A stretch of 64,000 nucleotides of DNA from an uncultured Collinsella sp. (GCA_958413455.1 CATYUU010000004.1:8-64007); one strand, 5' to 3'; shown: positions 47,583 through 58,317, counted from the first letter of the stretch. The notes: generated by a model not told the origin, from the letters alone. Translations and numbers: made by a program.

Positions 47583-49296
47583 GAAGAAGGCCGCTGGCTC
47601 GTGCGAAAAGGCGATACGCGAGTACTTCGGCGGCGTCCTCGACGGCACGATAACCGCGTGCGCGAAGATGCAGCAGGTCGCGGCCATCGTCCTTCGAGAC
47701 TTGGATAACGACGACCCGCTGTATCCATACCACTATCGCGAGGAATACGCGCAGAAACACGTGAGCTTCATCGAGCGCTTCTGCCGACTTCCATCTGGCA
47801 AGCTCGGCCAGCCGTTCGAGCTTGAGCTTTTTCAGCGAGCCATCCTATCCGTCGTTTTCGGCTTCGTGGACGTTGAGGGAAAACGGCAGTATCGCGAAGT
47901 GCTCTGGATTATGGGGCGCAAGAACGGCAAGACCGCGCTTGCTTCCGCCATAGAGCTTGACTTGCTTATCAACGACGATGAGGGTGCGCCCGAGGTCTAC
48001 AACGTCGCCACGGCTCACGACCAGGCGGCGAAGGGCTTCAACAACGCCTGGCGCATGGTTCTCACGTCGCCCGCTCTTGGGCGGCACGTTCGCAAGCGCG
48101 TGAGTGACCTCTACTGCGACCTCAACATGGGTTCAATCAAGGCGCTTTCCGCCAACACGAACCACCTCGACGGCCTTGACATCTCAGGTGCCATCGTCGA
48201 CGAGCTCGCGGCAATGAAGAACCGTGATCTGTACGACCTAACCATTCAGGGCACGTCCGCCCGCCGCCAACCGCTGGTTCTAGAAATCACGACCAACGGT
48301 TTCGTTCGGAACGGCATCTTCGACGCCCAATACGAATACGCCACCAAATGGCTCGACGGTAAGGCGACAGGCGAGAAGGCTGAGCGCTTCATAGCGTTCG
48401 TCTTCGAGCTTGATGAGCGCGATGAGTGGCAAGAGGAATCGGCGTGGATTAAGGCGAACCCTGGCCTCGGCACCATCAAAAGCCTTGAGGGCTTGCGCCA
48501 AAACGTCTCAAAGGCCAAAGACGACCCGACATTTCTGCCGACACTTCTGGTCAAGGACTTCAACCTCATCGAAAACCAAAGCCAAGCGTGGCTTACGTGG
48601 GCTGAGATTCATAACGATGACACTTTCGACCCGTCCGACGGGTCTTTTTCTTATGCGGTGCTCGGCGTTGACGCGTCAGACACCACTGACCTCACCGCCG
48701 CATGCTTGCTGATGATGCGCCCGAACGACGAGCGCATATATGCGATGCACATGGCGTGGATTCCGCTTCGCGCCTTGGAGCAGGCGGAAACGGAAGGACG
48801 GCGCGGCGGTCGCGACGGTGTGCCTTACGACGCGTGGATCGCGCGCGGGCTTCTGCGAACGTCTCCGACGCCAATCATTGACAAGCGGCTTGTGCTCGAT
48901 TGGGTGGACGAGGTGCGCGAGAAATGCGGCATCTATGCCGTCGCGTGCGGTTACGACCCGTGGCACATGCGCGACGTGCCGACGGTGGAAGCCTACGAAG
49001 GTTATTTCGGAGCCGACAACTTCAAGAAGGTCATCCAAGGCGCTCAAACGCTCTCGATGCCGATGAAGGAGCTACGCGCCCTGTACAAGGAGAACCGCGT
49101 AGTTGACAACAGCAACCCGATTGCCGAGTGGTGCCGCTCGAACGTTGCGGTGCGCAGCGACGCGAACGGAAACATCGCGCCCGACAAAAAGAACCAAGAC
49201 CCGCGCAACCGCATCGACGCCTGGGCGGCGGAATGCGATGCATTCGTGGTCTTAAAAGACATGATGGACGATTTCAGAAGCATGATTGGAGGTTAA
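47575..49296 (+). CDS. Terminase large subunit
   Basis: LELFQR, MGRKNGKT Walker A, IVDE Walker B, KANPGLG, GVDAS, RID nuclease motifs. Confidence 0.95.
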   Translation: MARKKAAGSCEKAIREYFGGVLDGTITACAKMQQVAAIVLRDLDNDDPLYPYHYREEYAQKHVSFIERFCRLPSGKLGQPFELELFQRAILSVVFGFVDVEGKRQYREVLWIMGRKNGKTALASAIELDLLINDDEGAPEVYNVATAHDQAAKGFNNAWRMVLTSPALGRHVRKRVSDLYCDLNMGSIKALSANTNHLDGLDISGAIVDELAAMKNRDLYDLTIQGTSARRQPLVLEITTNGFVRNGIFDAQYEYATKWLDGKATGEKAERFIAFVFELDERDEWQEESAWIKANPGLGTIKSLEGLRQNVSKAKDDPTFLPTLLVKDFNLIENQSQAWLTWAEIHNDDTFDPSDGSFSYAVLGVDASDTTDLTAACLLMMRPNDERIYAMHMAWIPLRALEQAETEGRRGGRDGVPYDAWIARGLLRTSPTPIIDKRLVLDWVDEVREKCGIYAVACGYDPWHMRDVPTVEAYEGYFGADNFKKVIQGAQTLSMPMKELRALYKENRVVDNSNPIAEWCRSNVAVRSDANGNIAPDKKNQDPRNRIDAWAAECDAFVVLKDMMDDFRSMIGG

Positions 49297-49298
49297 AC

Positions 49299-50564
49299 GT
49301 GGCTAAACGAACGTCGATGTTCCGCTCAATGTTCGATGCCGTATTCCACAAGCCGATCATGCAGGCCGTGGACGGTTACTTTCAGACGTTCACGGCGTAC
49401 GCGCCGCGCTTTACAACGTGGAGTGGCGGCATCTATGAAGCGGAGCTGACGCGAAGCATCATCGAGCGAAACGCCGACCACGCGAGCAAACTGAAACCCG
49501 AGGTTTCGGGAACCGCGCAGCGGTTGGCAACGCGCTCGCTCGAATGGCAGCCGAACCCGTGGATGACAACGCCGCAGTTCCTGCACCGCATCTCGACGAT
49601 GCTTGACGTGTGCGACACGTGCCTTATCGTTCCCATTCTCGACGGGAGTACCGAGACCATCACGGGCTACTATCCTGTCCTTCCGGGGCAGTGCGAAGCC
49701 TACGACGTCGGCGGAACGCTGTGGCTCAAGCTGTCTTTCCCTGGCGGTGACGCCACCATGCTCGAATGGTCGCGTGTCGGCGTGTTGACGCGTCACCAAT
49801 TCAGAAGCGATTTGTTCGGCGACGGGACGAACGTGCTCAATCCGACGCTAGAGCTGATGCACGCGCAGAACGAAGCTGAAAAGACAGCCATCGAGCAAGG
49901 TGCCGCCGTTCGCTTCATAGGCAAGATGTCGCAGAACCGCAATCCCGAAGACTTGGAGAAGGCTAGAAAGGAATTCAACAAGCAGCTCGGTTCGGCGAAC
50001 GCTGGCGGTATAGCTGTCTATGACAACAAATACAACGACGTCAAGCAGATAACGCCGCAGAGCTACACGGTGGACGCCGCCCAGATGGAACGCATCGAGA
50101 AGGCTGCATATCGGTTCTTCGGCTCGTGCGAAGACATTGTTATGAACAAGGCCGACGAGGAAACATACAACTCGTTCTATGAGGGGCGCACAGAGGTTTT
50201 CGCGGTGCAGCTCGGATACGTGCTCACGTGCATGACCTTCACGCCGAACGAGATCGCGTACGGCAACAGCATCATGTTCAGCGCGAACCGCCTTGAGTTC
50301 GCTAGTAATCAAACAAAGCTCAACGTCGTCACATCGCTCTACGACCGAGGAATCATGACGGGCAATCAGGGCGCTGACGTGTTCCAGCTTCCACATTACG
50401 AGGGCGGCGACCGCCACGTAATCCGCGGCGAGTACATTGACCTGGACTTGATAAGCGAGCACACATCCGAGCAAGCCGCCAAGGCGGCTGAGGTAAACGC
50501 AAACGTCGCGGCAATCGACGGTAAGAAGAAGGACGGTGACGACGATGCCAGCCAAGCCGAATGA
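49299..50564 (+). CDS. Portal protein (HK97 family)
   Basis: QPNPWMT..QF motif; position after terL; GGAGG RBS, GTG start. Confidence 0.88.
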   Translation: MAKRTSMFRSMFDAVFHKPIMQAVDGYFQTFTAYAPRFTTWSGGIYEAELTRSIIERNADHASKLKPEVSGTAQRLATRSLEWQPNPWMTTPQFLHRISTMLDVCDTCLIVPILDGSTETITGYYPVLPGQCEAYDVGGTLWLKLSFPGGDATMLEWSRVGVLTRHQFRSDLFGDGTNVLNPTLELMHAQNEAEKTAIEQGAAVRFIGKMSQNRNPEDLEKARKEFNKQLGSANAGGIAVYDNKYNDVKQITPQSYTVDAAQMERIEKAAYRFFGSCEDIVMNKADEETYNSFYEGRTEVFAVQLGYVLTCMTFTPNEIAYGNSIMFSANRLEFASNQTKLNVVTSLYDRGIMTGNQGADVFQLPHYEGGDRHVIRGEYIDLDLISEHTSEQAAKAAEVNANVAAIDGKKKDGDDDASQAE

Positions 50565-51174
50565 GCGTCAATACAGAACAATGTCGATGGTGCTGCGAAG
50601 CCTGCCCGATGGCGGCAAGCGCGAGAAGCGCATCGAATCTGACTACTACGTCGAGGGATACGCTTCGACGTTCAATGACCCATATGTCCTTTGGCAAGAC
50701 CCTTGGGATGGCACCGAGTACCGCGAGGTCATCAGCCCAGACGCATTCGTCGATACCGACATGAGCGACATCATCATGCAGTTCGACCATGTGGGCGACG
50801 TTTTGGCGCGCCAGTCGAACGGCACGCTCATCGTCGAGCCCGACGAGCACGGGCTTTTTATGGCCGCCGACCTCTCGAAATCAGAAGCCGCCCGAAACCG
50901 ATTCGAGGAAATCGACAACGGCCTTGCTACACGCATGTCGTGGGCGTTCACCATCGGCGCGTCCGAGTATGACCGAGACACGCACACCACGACAATTACG
51001 CGCGTCAAGAAGATTTATGACGTGTCCGCAGTCAGCCTTCCTGCTGACCCGAACACCGAAATAAGTGCAAGAAACCTTCTCAACGGAGTGATTGAGGAGT
51101 CGCACGTGGAGCACGTGCGCCGCAAGAACGCGCTCGTAAAGGCGCGTGCAGTAATGGCAATCGCCACCAATTAG
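50545..51174 (+). CDS. HK97-family prohead protease
   Basis: VEGYASTF, QFDH, MSWAF, YDVSAVSLPA. Confidence 0.88.
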   Translation: MPAKPNERQYRTMSMVLRSLPDGGKREKRIESDYYVEGYASTFNDPYVLWQDPWDGTEYREVISPDAFVDTDMSDIIMQFDHVGDVLARQSNGTLIVEPDEHGLFMAADLSKSEAARNRFEEIDNGLATRMSWAFTIGASEYDRDTHTTTITRVKKIYDVSAVSLPADPNTEISARNLLNGVIEESHVEHVRRKNALVKARAVMAIATN

Positions 51175-51187
51175 AAGGGAAACAAAC

Positions 51188-52444
51188 ATGAACCTTGAAG
51201 ACCTGCTGAAAGAGCTCCAGGCACTCATCGACAAGTATTCCGCCGATGACGCCGAGCCGACCGATGAGGACGCCGCCCGCATGGCCGAGTTGACGAAGAG
51301 CATCAACGAGATTCGCGCGCAGCAGACTGCGACCGCGCAGACCCGCGCCGCGACCGTCGCAGCAGCCCGCGCAGCCATCGAGAACGGCACCGCCCGTCGC
51401 GTGGATGCCGTTCCGCTGGCGCGCTCCGCCAATGTTGTCGGCGTTGGCAATGCCTACGACGTGACCGACTACGACGCAGCCGAGCAGCGCGCGTGGGTGA
51501 AGGGCGTCGCTGAGCGCGCTGGCGTCCAGCTGGTAGAGGGCTACGCACTGACCGACGCGGAGCGCGCCGCGCAGAACCACGCCATGGAGCAGCGCGCCGC
51601 ATTCAACCACACGACGAGCAACACCGATTCCGTCATTCCCGTCGAGCTTCAAAACGAGATTATCTCGCTCATCGACAACACCGCCGTTCTGTGGGGCGAT
51701 ATGCCGAAGCAGAACTTCCCACATCAGTTCGAGATTATCCGCCACAAGTCCATTGATGCTGGCGACGCCGCGCAGACCGACGAGGGCGTGGCACCGACCG
51801 ACGATGAGAAGAACACGTTCGACACGCTCAAGTTCGAGGGCGTCGAGATTAAGAAGAGCCTGAAGATGAGCCGCCGCATGGCCGTTCAATCCGTCGCATC
51901 CTTCCAGTCTTATCTCGTAAGTGAGATCGCCGCACGACTGTCCGTTGGATGCAACGCCCATGCCCATGCGCGCCTGGCCGACGAGTCCTACGGCATGGAA
52001 AAGACGAACAAGATTCAGACTTCCACGGCCAATGCGCTCAAGAAAGCCGACCTCGCTGGCCTGCTCTCCAAGCTCTACACCTACGGCCTCTCCACGCCCA
52101 AGGGTGCCATTATCTACGCGAACAACAACGTCATTTGGAACTACATCGCCATGCTCGAGGACGCTAACGGGCGCTCGTATTTCGTCGATGAGAAGAATGC
52201 CGACCCGTCCGTCGAAGGCCACATCTTCGGCAAGCTTGTCAAGCGCGACGATTCCATCGCCGACGGTGTGATCATCGCCGGCTACCCCGACCTGTTCAAG
52301 GGCAACGTGTTCGACGGCCCCGACGTGATGCCCTATATCGCGTCCGACGGAACTCAGAACCGCTGCTTTGACGGTTACGAGTTGATCGATTGCGGCCTTG
52401 CCGTGCCCAAGTCGTTCGCCCAGCTGACTGTAAAGACTGCATAA
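51188..52444 (+). CDS. Major capsid protein (HK97 fold with N-terminal delta domain)
   Basis: Coiled-coil N-terminus, VIPVEL..EII, LEDANGR, IFGKLV; position. Confidence 0.88.
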   Translation: MNLEDLLKELQALIDKYSADDAEPTDEDAARMAELTKSINEIRAQQTATAQTRAATVAAARAAIENGTARRVDAVPLARSANVVGVGNAYDVTDYDAAEQRAWVKGVAERAGVQLVEGYALTDAERAAQNHAMEQRAAFNHTTSNTDSVIPVELQNEIISLIDNTAVLWGDMPKQNFPHQFEIIRHKSIDAGDAAQTDEGVAPTDDEKNTFDTLKFEGVEIKKSLKMSRRMAVQSVASFQSYLVSEIAARLSVGCNAHAHARLADESYGMEKTNKIQTSTANALKKADLAGLLSKLYTYGLSTPKGAIIYANNNVIWNYIAMLEDANGRSYFVDEKNADPSVEGHIFGKLVKRDDSIADGVIIAGYPDLFKGNVFDGPDVMPYIASDGTQNRCFDGYELIDCGLAVPKSFAQLTVKTA

Positions 52445-52458
52445 GGAGGTCTCGTGCC

Positions 52459-52782
52459 ATGGCAGACAAGAAGAAGCAGAAGCAATGCATTCTCGATGCC
52501 TGCCGCGCCGCCCTGCGCATTCCTGCTTTCTGCAACGACTTCGACGAAGAGATTGCAGACGTCATCGAAGCCGCCCGCGCCGAACTGGTAGCGGGCGGCG
52601 TCCTTCCCGAGAAGGCTAACGACGACTCCGATGGCCGCATTCGCCTTGCTATCAAGGTATACGTCAAGGCCAATTTCGGCATGGACAACCCAGATGCAGA
52701 CCGTTTCACGAAGTCGTTCGAATGCATGCTCACCTCCATGAGCGGTGATTCGGCCTACAGGACGGAGCCAGCCGATGAGTAA
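52459..52782 (+). CDS. Head-tail connector (gp6-like)
   Basis: ALRI...DEEIADVIEAA..EL...AIKVYVKANFG. Confidence 0.75.
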   Translation: MADKKKQKQCILDACRAALRIPAFCNDFDEEIADVIEAARAELVAGGVLPEKANDDSDGRIRLAIKVYVKANFGMDNPDADRFTKSFECMLTSMSGDSAYRTEPADE

Positions 52783-53083
52783 CTGGAACGGCGTATGCAC
52801 GCTCATCGCGACCGAGACCGAGCGCGATGACAAGGGCGTGCCGCACAAGAAGGAACGCCGCCGCCGCGTTCCGTGCAACGTGTACTCGATGAGCGCGGCT
52901 GCGTACTATGCGGCGGCTCAGGCTGGCGTTAAACCGCAGGCTATTATCGGTATCCGCGCCTGTGCGTATTCCGGAGAGGTTCTTGTGGAGCTAGGCGGCA
53001 CCACGTACTCGGTTGACAACAAGCAAATGAGTGGTGCCGACAACGTGCGCCTAACGCTTGTTGAGAAAGCGGGCAACAGATGA
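52775..53083 (+). CDS. Head closure/adaptor protein
   Basis: Synteny; YYAAAQAGVKP motif. Confidence 0.7.
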   Translation: MSNWNGVCTLIATETERDDKGVPHKKERRRRVPCNVYSMSAAAYYAAAQAGVKPQAIIGIRACAYSGEVLVELGGTTYSVDNKQMSGADNVRLTLVEKAGNR

Positions 53084-53463
53084 GCAGCATCAATATCGAT
53101 GACTTGGCGACGATCATCGTGAACGACATGCAAGAGGTCATCGACGATGACGCCGAAGCCCTTGAAGGCAACGCCCGCGCCGCTGGCCAGAAGGCCGTAC
53201 GGTTGTTGCGCGAGCGAAGCCGAAAAAAGGAACATCACGGCGGCAGCTACGCCAAAGGATGGGCGGCGAGCGTCGAGACGGACGAGACTGGCACGAGCTG
53301 CACCGTCCACAACAAGCAATATCAGCTCACGCATCTGCTCGAAAAGGGACACGCAATCGCCAACCAGAGCGGGCGTTACCCTGGGCACGTCGCGGGCGAC
53401 CACGTAATCGAGGGCGTGTACAACGAGGTTGCCGCCGAGTTCGCGAAAGGCGGCGAGCAATGA
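53080..53463 (+). CDS. HK97 gp10-like neck protein
   Basis: GSYAKGW, YQLTHLLEKGHA. Confidence 0.8.
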   Translation: MSSINIDDLATIIVNDMQEVIDDDAEALEGNARAAGQKAVRLLRERSRKKEHHGGSYAKGWAASVETDETGTSCTVHNKQYQLTHLLEKGHAIANQSGRYPGHVAGDHVIEGVYNEVAAEFAKGGEQ

Positions 53464-53789
53464 ACACCCTTGACGAGCTTGTGGCGGTGCTCAAGTCGTT
53501 CGGCTTGCCGTTCAGCAACGGCGCGTTCCAGGAAGACGAACGGCCTGCGCCGCCGTATATCGAAATCGAAGCAGGATACGGCGAAGCCGCGTACGCAGAC
53601 AATGCGACATATCTTCAATGGATGCCGTACGACTGCGGCCTTTACTGCGCAGAGCGCGATTACGAGCTTGAGCAGCGGATTGAAACGGCGCTCGGCGATG
53701 CGGGCTTCGCATGCACGAAGACCGTGACACCTATCGACGGCGAAGGCGTCATCGAGACCGCCTATCAGACAAACGTATTCGAATACTAG
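53460..53789 (+). CDS. Tail terminator-like protein
   Basis: Synteny; PPYI...YADN motif. Confidence 0.65.
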   Translation: MNTLDELVAVLKSFGLPFSNGAFQEDERPAPPYIEIEAGYGEAAYADNATYLQWMPYDCGLYCAERDYELEQRIETALGDAGFACTKTVTPIDGEGVIETAYQTNVFEY

Positions 53790-53802
53790 AAAGGGGCACG
53801 CA

Positions 53803-54399
53803 ATGCCACGAAACGGATTCTTCAGCGTTAAGAACTCGCACATCGCAATTCTCAAAGACGAAGACGAATTTACCTACGAAACTCCTGTAAAGGTTCCTGG
53901 AACCGTTGAAATCAAGATGGAGCCGTCCGTCGAGACGAACACGAGCTACGCCGATAACGAGCCGTGGATTGACAAGACTCAGGACAACGGCGGCGACGGC
54001 ACCATTTCGTTCTACGACACGGAGAGCACGACCGAGCTGCGCAAGCTGTTCGCTGACCTCGTTGGGTTCGACATCGATGCGAAGGGTCGCGTTCTCGGCA
54101 CGTCAGGCAAGACGCCGAAGAAGTTCGCATTCATGTGCGAGCAGCCTGGGCACGTTATCGGCAAGCGCCGCTGCTTCCTCGCGTGCCAAATCAAGGCACC
54201 GAGCATGGATTCCAAGACGATCGAGGACAAGCCTGACATTACGCAGCTCGATTACGACTTGACGTGGCGTCCAGTCACGCTGCCGACGGGCTGGCGTGGC
54301 AGTTTCTATGACAGCTACAGTGACCTTGAGGATTACGCCAAGTTTTTCGACAAGGTAGATACTCAGCTCACTCCCGCGCCCGCGTCTGAGGTTGCGTAA
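53803..54399 (+). CDS. Major tail (tube) protein
   Basis: YETPVKVPG...SYADN...G.G; phi13-like pattern; position. Confidence 0.8.
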   Translation: MPRNGFFSVKNSHIAILKDEDEFTYETPVKVPGTVEIKMEPSVETNTSYADNEPWIDKTQDNGGDGTISFYDTESTTELRKLFADLVGFDIDAKGRVLGTSGKTPKKFAFMCEQPGHVIGKRRCFLACQIKAPSMDSKTIEDKPDITQLDYDLTWRPVTLPTGWRGSFYDSYSDLEDYAKFFDKVDTQLTPAPASEVA

Positions 54400-54821
54400 T
54401 GGTGGCCGAGATTACCGTCGGCGGCGAGACGTACCCCGTCGAGTGCAACGCGTTCACGCCGATCGTGTTCTCTCGCGAGTTCAGCGTGGTCCGTGCCGAC
54501 GGGAGCAAGAGACCGAAGGATATCAACGAAGACGTGTCCATGGTTCTTGAGGTCCAGGCTTGCTCAAGCGTCGCGCCAGTGGTTCCGCTGCTTGAGATTT
54601 TTTACGCATGTGCAAAGACTGCCGACCGCAAGCTCAAGCCGTTCGACGAGTGGGTGAAGGGCTTTCCCGCCGACGCATACGACCTGGAGCGTTCAGACGG
54701 TTGGGCTACCGACGTGATGGGAATCGTCCAGGAGAACTTTTTTCCGAACGCAGGAAAGGACGTGGAGCCCGCGACCGCCGAAGCATCCGATGCCTCCGTT
54801 GCCGATGGAGCTGCAAAGTAG
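54399..54821 (+). CDS. Tail assembly chaperone (gpG-like)
   Basis: Between the major tail and tape measure genes; T6 run near the 3' end. Confidence 0.7.
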   Translation: MVAEITVGGETYPVECNAFTPIVFSREFSVVRADGSKRPKDINEDVSMVLEVQACSSVAPVVPLLEIFYACAKTADRKLKPFDEWVKGFPADAYDLERSDGWATDVMGIVQENFFPNAGKDVEPATAEASDASVADGAAK

Positions 54822-55002
54822 CTGCGACGCGCTCTATATCTACGAGTGCCAGCAGGCGGGCTTGTCGATAAACGACTTGGAAAAGCTCAGCTATCGACAG
54901 GTGCAGACGCTGCTTGACATGTATTCGTTCGTCAACGATGCGATCGCCTACGCGCAAGACGACGAGGAATCTCGCAAGGGCGAAGCTGCCTTTTGGGCGT
55001 GA
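54718..55002 (+). CDS. Tail assembly chaperone C-terminal frame (gpT-like), probably reached by frameshift
   Basis: +1 frame open 54718-55002; QAGLSINDLEKLSY motif typical of gpT-like segments. Confidence 0.6.
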   Translation, partial: WESSRRTFFRTQERTWSPRPPKHPMPPLPMELQSSCDALYIYECQQAGLSINDLEKLSYRQVQTLLDMYSFVNDAIAYAQDDEESRKGEAAFWA

Positions 55003-55085
55003 TGCGAGCGCAAAGCGCCAGCGCATCTGAGAAGGTGCGCTGTTCTGTGCGCTCATATCTTTGAAATACGAATAGAGGTGAAGGC

Positions 55086-57593
55086 ATGGCCGTAACGTAC
55101 AAGGGCCTTACGATCAAGTTCGGCGGCGATACGACCGAGCTGCAAGGCGCGTTAAAGAAAGTGCAAGGCACGGCCAAGGACACGCAAGGAGCTCTCAAGG
55201 ACATCAACCGCGCGCTCAAGCTCGACCCTGGCAACACCGAGCTTCTGACCGAGAAGGCGAAGCTCTTGAATCGAGCCTATGACGAGACCAAGGCGAAGCT
55301 CGATGCCTACAAGTCGGCGCTCGCTGGGCTTGAGGAAAAGCGGCGAAGCGGCACTGCGCTCACGGAGCGCGAGCAGGCCCAGTATTCGAGCTTGAAGGCT
55401 CAGATAGCCATCTGCGAGAATCAGCTTGAGAGCTATGCCGACGACCTGAAAAATGTGAGCCGTGAAGCAGAAGCGTCCAAAACTGGGCTGTATCAATTCG
55501 GCCAAACCATCCAAGACAACAGCGACAAGCTTGCAAAGGCTGGCAAGGGCCTTGAGACAGCTGGCAAGACAATAACCGGCGCAGTCGGTGGCGCAGCGAC
55601 GGCGCTCGTCGGCTTGGCTTCGAGCCAAGAAGAGAATATCGAGCAGACTCACCAGCTCGACGCCGCATGGAAGGATGCTGGAGGAACGAGCGAGCAGGCG
55701 CGGAACTCGTATACGCTCTTTTACAAGTTACTCGGCGAAGAGGATACCGCCACCGAAGCCGCGCAAAACCTATCCCGCCTGACAACGAACCAGCAGGAAC
55801 TTGATCAATGGACGAACATCGCCGCTGGTTCTTTTTCCAAGTTCGGCGATGCGCTGCCGCTAGAAAACCTCGTCGAAGCTTCGCAGGAGACGGCTCACAC
55901 GGGCACTGTAACGGGCGGTTTGGCAGATGCGCTCAACTGGGCTACCGCGAGCAACGAGCAATGGAGCGCCGCGCTTTCTGGAAATCAGGCCGCACAGCAG
56001 GCTTTCAACAATCAGATAGACCAGGGTGCGACAAAAGAAGATGCCTTCAATGCCGCGCTTGCCGCATGTGGCAGCGAGCAGGAACGCTCGACGCTCATCA
56101 CGCAAACGCTCGACGGTCTGTACGGCGACATCGGGCAGACGTATCAGGAAACGAACAAGACCATGCTCGACACGCGCGAGCAGCAAGCCCAGCTCAACCA
56201 GAAGATGGCGGAAGCTGGAGAAGCGGCGATGCCGCTTAAAGAGAAGGTCTTGGAGCTTGGCACCACGCTGCTCGAAAAGGTGACGCCTGCGCTTGAGGGG
56301 GTCTCAAGCTGGTATCAGCAGCTATCGCCAGAGCAGCAGGACCTGGTTACGAACATCGGACTTGGGACGCTCGCGTTTGGCGGACTCGCGACTGGCGCAG
56401 GCAAGGTTCTCCAAACGGGCACCGAGATCGGCGGCGCGATAAAGGGAGTCTCCGAGACATTCGGCGGGCTCAAGGGCGCTATCGGTGCCGTCGGCAGCGG
56501 CTGGACTTCGTTCACGGGGCTTATCGCCGCGAACCCGATTCTGCTTGGCGTCGCGGCAGTGGCCGCCGCTGTTGCTGGTCTTACGTGGTTCTTCACGCAG
56601 ACCGAGACAGGCAAGCAGCTGTGGTCTGGCTTCACGGGATGGATATCAGAAAAATGGCAAGGAGTGCAAAACTTCTTTGCTGGTGTTCCCGTATTCTGGC
56701 AGGGAATATGGGACGGCATAACGGGCAAATGCGAAGAGGTGAAGAACAGCCTAGCCGACAAGTTCAATGGCATTCAGCAGAGCGCATCTAACGCTTGGGA
56801 AGGCTTGAAGACCTCGGCGAGCGACACGTGGAGCAACCTGCAAACCGCAGCAGTGGAAAAATTCGGTGCTATTAGAGATTCTATCCAGAACGACATGCAG
56901 ACGGCCCAGATCGTCGGCAGTTCTGCGGCTGGGGCCTTGCAATCTGTGCTCAACGGCGATTGGGAGCAAGCGCGAAACCAGGCGAGCAACGCCTTTGATG
57001 CTATCAAAGACAACATATCGACCAAACTGCAAAACGCTCAAACCAACGCTATCAACGCGGGCAACGCAATCGGAGAGAAATTGGGCTTTCCTGGTCTTGG
57101 CTCGACAGTTGCTAATAAGTTCAACGAAATCAAGAACAACATCACCAGCCCCATCAATGATGCGTGGAACACGATTAGCGGAATCCCTGGGCGCATTTCG
57201 TCTGCATTCGGCGGCATCCGAATCAGCTTGCCGCACATCAACCTGCCGCATTTCAACGTTTCTTGGCGCGACGTCGGCGGCGTTGTGAAGCTGCCGAGCG
57301 TGAGCGTCGATTGGTACGCAAAAGGCGGTTACTTCGACCGACCCAGCATCATCGGCGTTGGCGAAGCAGGCGGCGAGCATGTTACGCCAGATAAGAAATT
57401 GCGCTCCAGCGTCGAGGATGCGGTTTCACGCGCGTTCGACCGCGTGGGCGCATGGGCTTCCCGCTCCGTCGAAATCGCCGTGACAGTGAATGCGAGCGTG
57501 TCCGACAAGATGGACGCCTACACCACAGGTCAGCAAATAGGCGCTGGCATCGCAAGCCGCCTTAAGCAGAAGGGAGTGACCGTTGGAGCGTAA
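55086..57593 (+). CDS. Tape measure protein
   Basis: KGLTIKFGGDTTEL, LKLDPGNTELL, Trp-spaced repeats, C-terminal WYAKGG...GVGEAGGE. Confidence 0.9.
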   Translation: MAVTYKGLTIKFGGDTTELQGALKKVQGTAKDTQGALKDINRALKLDPGNTELLTEKAKLLNRAYDETKAKLDAYKSALAGLEEKRRSGTALTEREQAQYSSLKAQIAICENQLESYADDLKNVSREAEASKTGLYQFGQTIQDNSDKLAKAGKGLETAGKTITGAVGGAATALVGLASSQEENIEQTHQLDAAWKDAGGTSEQARNSYTLFYKLLGEEDTATEAAQNLSRLTTNQQELDQWTNIAAGSFSKFGDALPLENLVEASQETAHTGTVTGGLADALNWATASNEQWSAALSGNQAAQQAFNNQIDQGATKEDAFNAALAACGSEQERSTLITQTLDGLYGDIGQTYQETNKTMLDTREQQAQLNQKMAEAGEAAMPLKEKVLELGTTLLEKVTPALEGVSSWYQQLSPEQQDLVTNIGLGTLAFGGLATGAGKVLQTGTEIGGAIKGVSETFGGLKGAIGAVGSGWTSFTGLIAANPILLGVAAVAAAVAGLTWFFTQTETGKQLWSGFTGWISEKWQGVQNFFAGVPVFWQGIWDGITGKCEEVKNSLADKFNGIQQSASNAWEGLKTSASDTWSNLQTAAVEKFGAIRDSIQNDMQTAQIVGSSAAGALQSVLNGDWEQARNQASNAFDAIKDNISTKLQNAQTNAINAGNAIGEKLGFPGLGSTVANKFNEIKNNITSPINDAWNTISGIPGRISSAFGGIRISLPHINLPHFNVSWRDVGGVVKLPSVSVDWYAKGGYFDRPSIIGVGEAGGEHVTPDKKLRSSVEDAVSRAFDRVGAWASRSVEIAVTVNASVSDKMDAYTTGQQIGAGIASRLKQKGVTVGA

Positions 57594-58317
57594 CCGCAAG
57601 CGCAACCAGACCGACAGCATCATGTTCAACGGCCATGACCTTTCGAGCCTGGTTTACTGTAAAATTCGCCGCCCTGTCATGGCGAGCGTCGATGCGACGT
57701 TCGAAGATGTGCCGGGGCGGCACGGAGAGGTTTTCAAAACGGTCAAGCGCAATGGTTACGACCTCTCGGTCGATATGTGGCTACGCACAGAGCATCGCCG
57801 CGACGTAGCGGAAGCCCGCCACAAACTTGCGGCAATGCTCTGGACTGACAAGCCCGCGCCGCTGTTTCTGCCGGACGATCCGACGCGACACCTTATGGCT
57901 ATCGTCAGCGGAAGCACCGACCTAGACGAGATAACCGACGATTGCCCGAGCTGTACGGTGACGTTCCATATCGGCGACCCGGACTATCGCGGCCAAAGCC
58001 GACGCATCGAAGTGAGCGGTTCAGCGGCGTTCGCCGTCGGCGGCACGCTGCCAGCACCGATGAGAGTGACGGCGAAGCCTGGTGCTTGCAGCTCTTGGCG
58101 TATCACCAACACCGATACAGGCGAGTTCGTTGAGGTGGTTCAGGCATTGACGGCTGACAGCATTGTTCGGCTCGATTTCGCAATGGAGCAAGCCACGGTG
58201 AACGGCTCGGTCGCGGCACTCAACATCATGAGCGACTTCTTCGAGATAAATGGCCGCGCTCACTTGAAGATTACAGGCGGCACAGCAACTATCGAATGGG
58301 AGGAACGATGGCTTTAA
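57583..58317 (+). CDS. Distal tail protein (Dit)
   Basis: FNGHDL, DVPGRHG, LFLPDDP; follows the tape measure gene. Confidence 0.8.
   Translation: MERNRKRNQTDSIMFNGHDLSSLVYCKIRRPVMASVDATFEDVPGRHGEVFKTVKRNGYDLSVDMWLRTEHRRDVAEARHKLAAMLWTDKPAPLFLPDDPTRHLMAIVSGSTDLDEITDDCPSCTVTFHIGDPDYRGQSRRIEVSGSAAFAVGGTLPAPMRVTAKPGACSSWRITNTDTGEFVEVVQALTADSIVRLDFAMEQATVNGSVAALNIMSDFFEINGRAHLKITGGTATIEWEERWL

Noticed and set aside
54608..54871. -1 frameshift product of the tail chaperone
   Set aside because: Arg-rich, low-plausibility peptide that stops early; the +1 frame carries the gpT-like sequence
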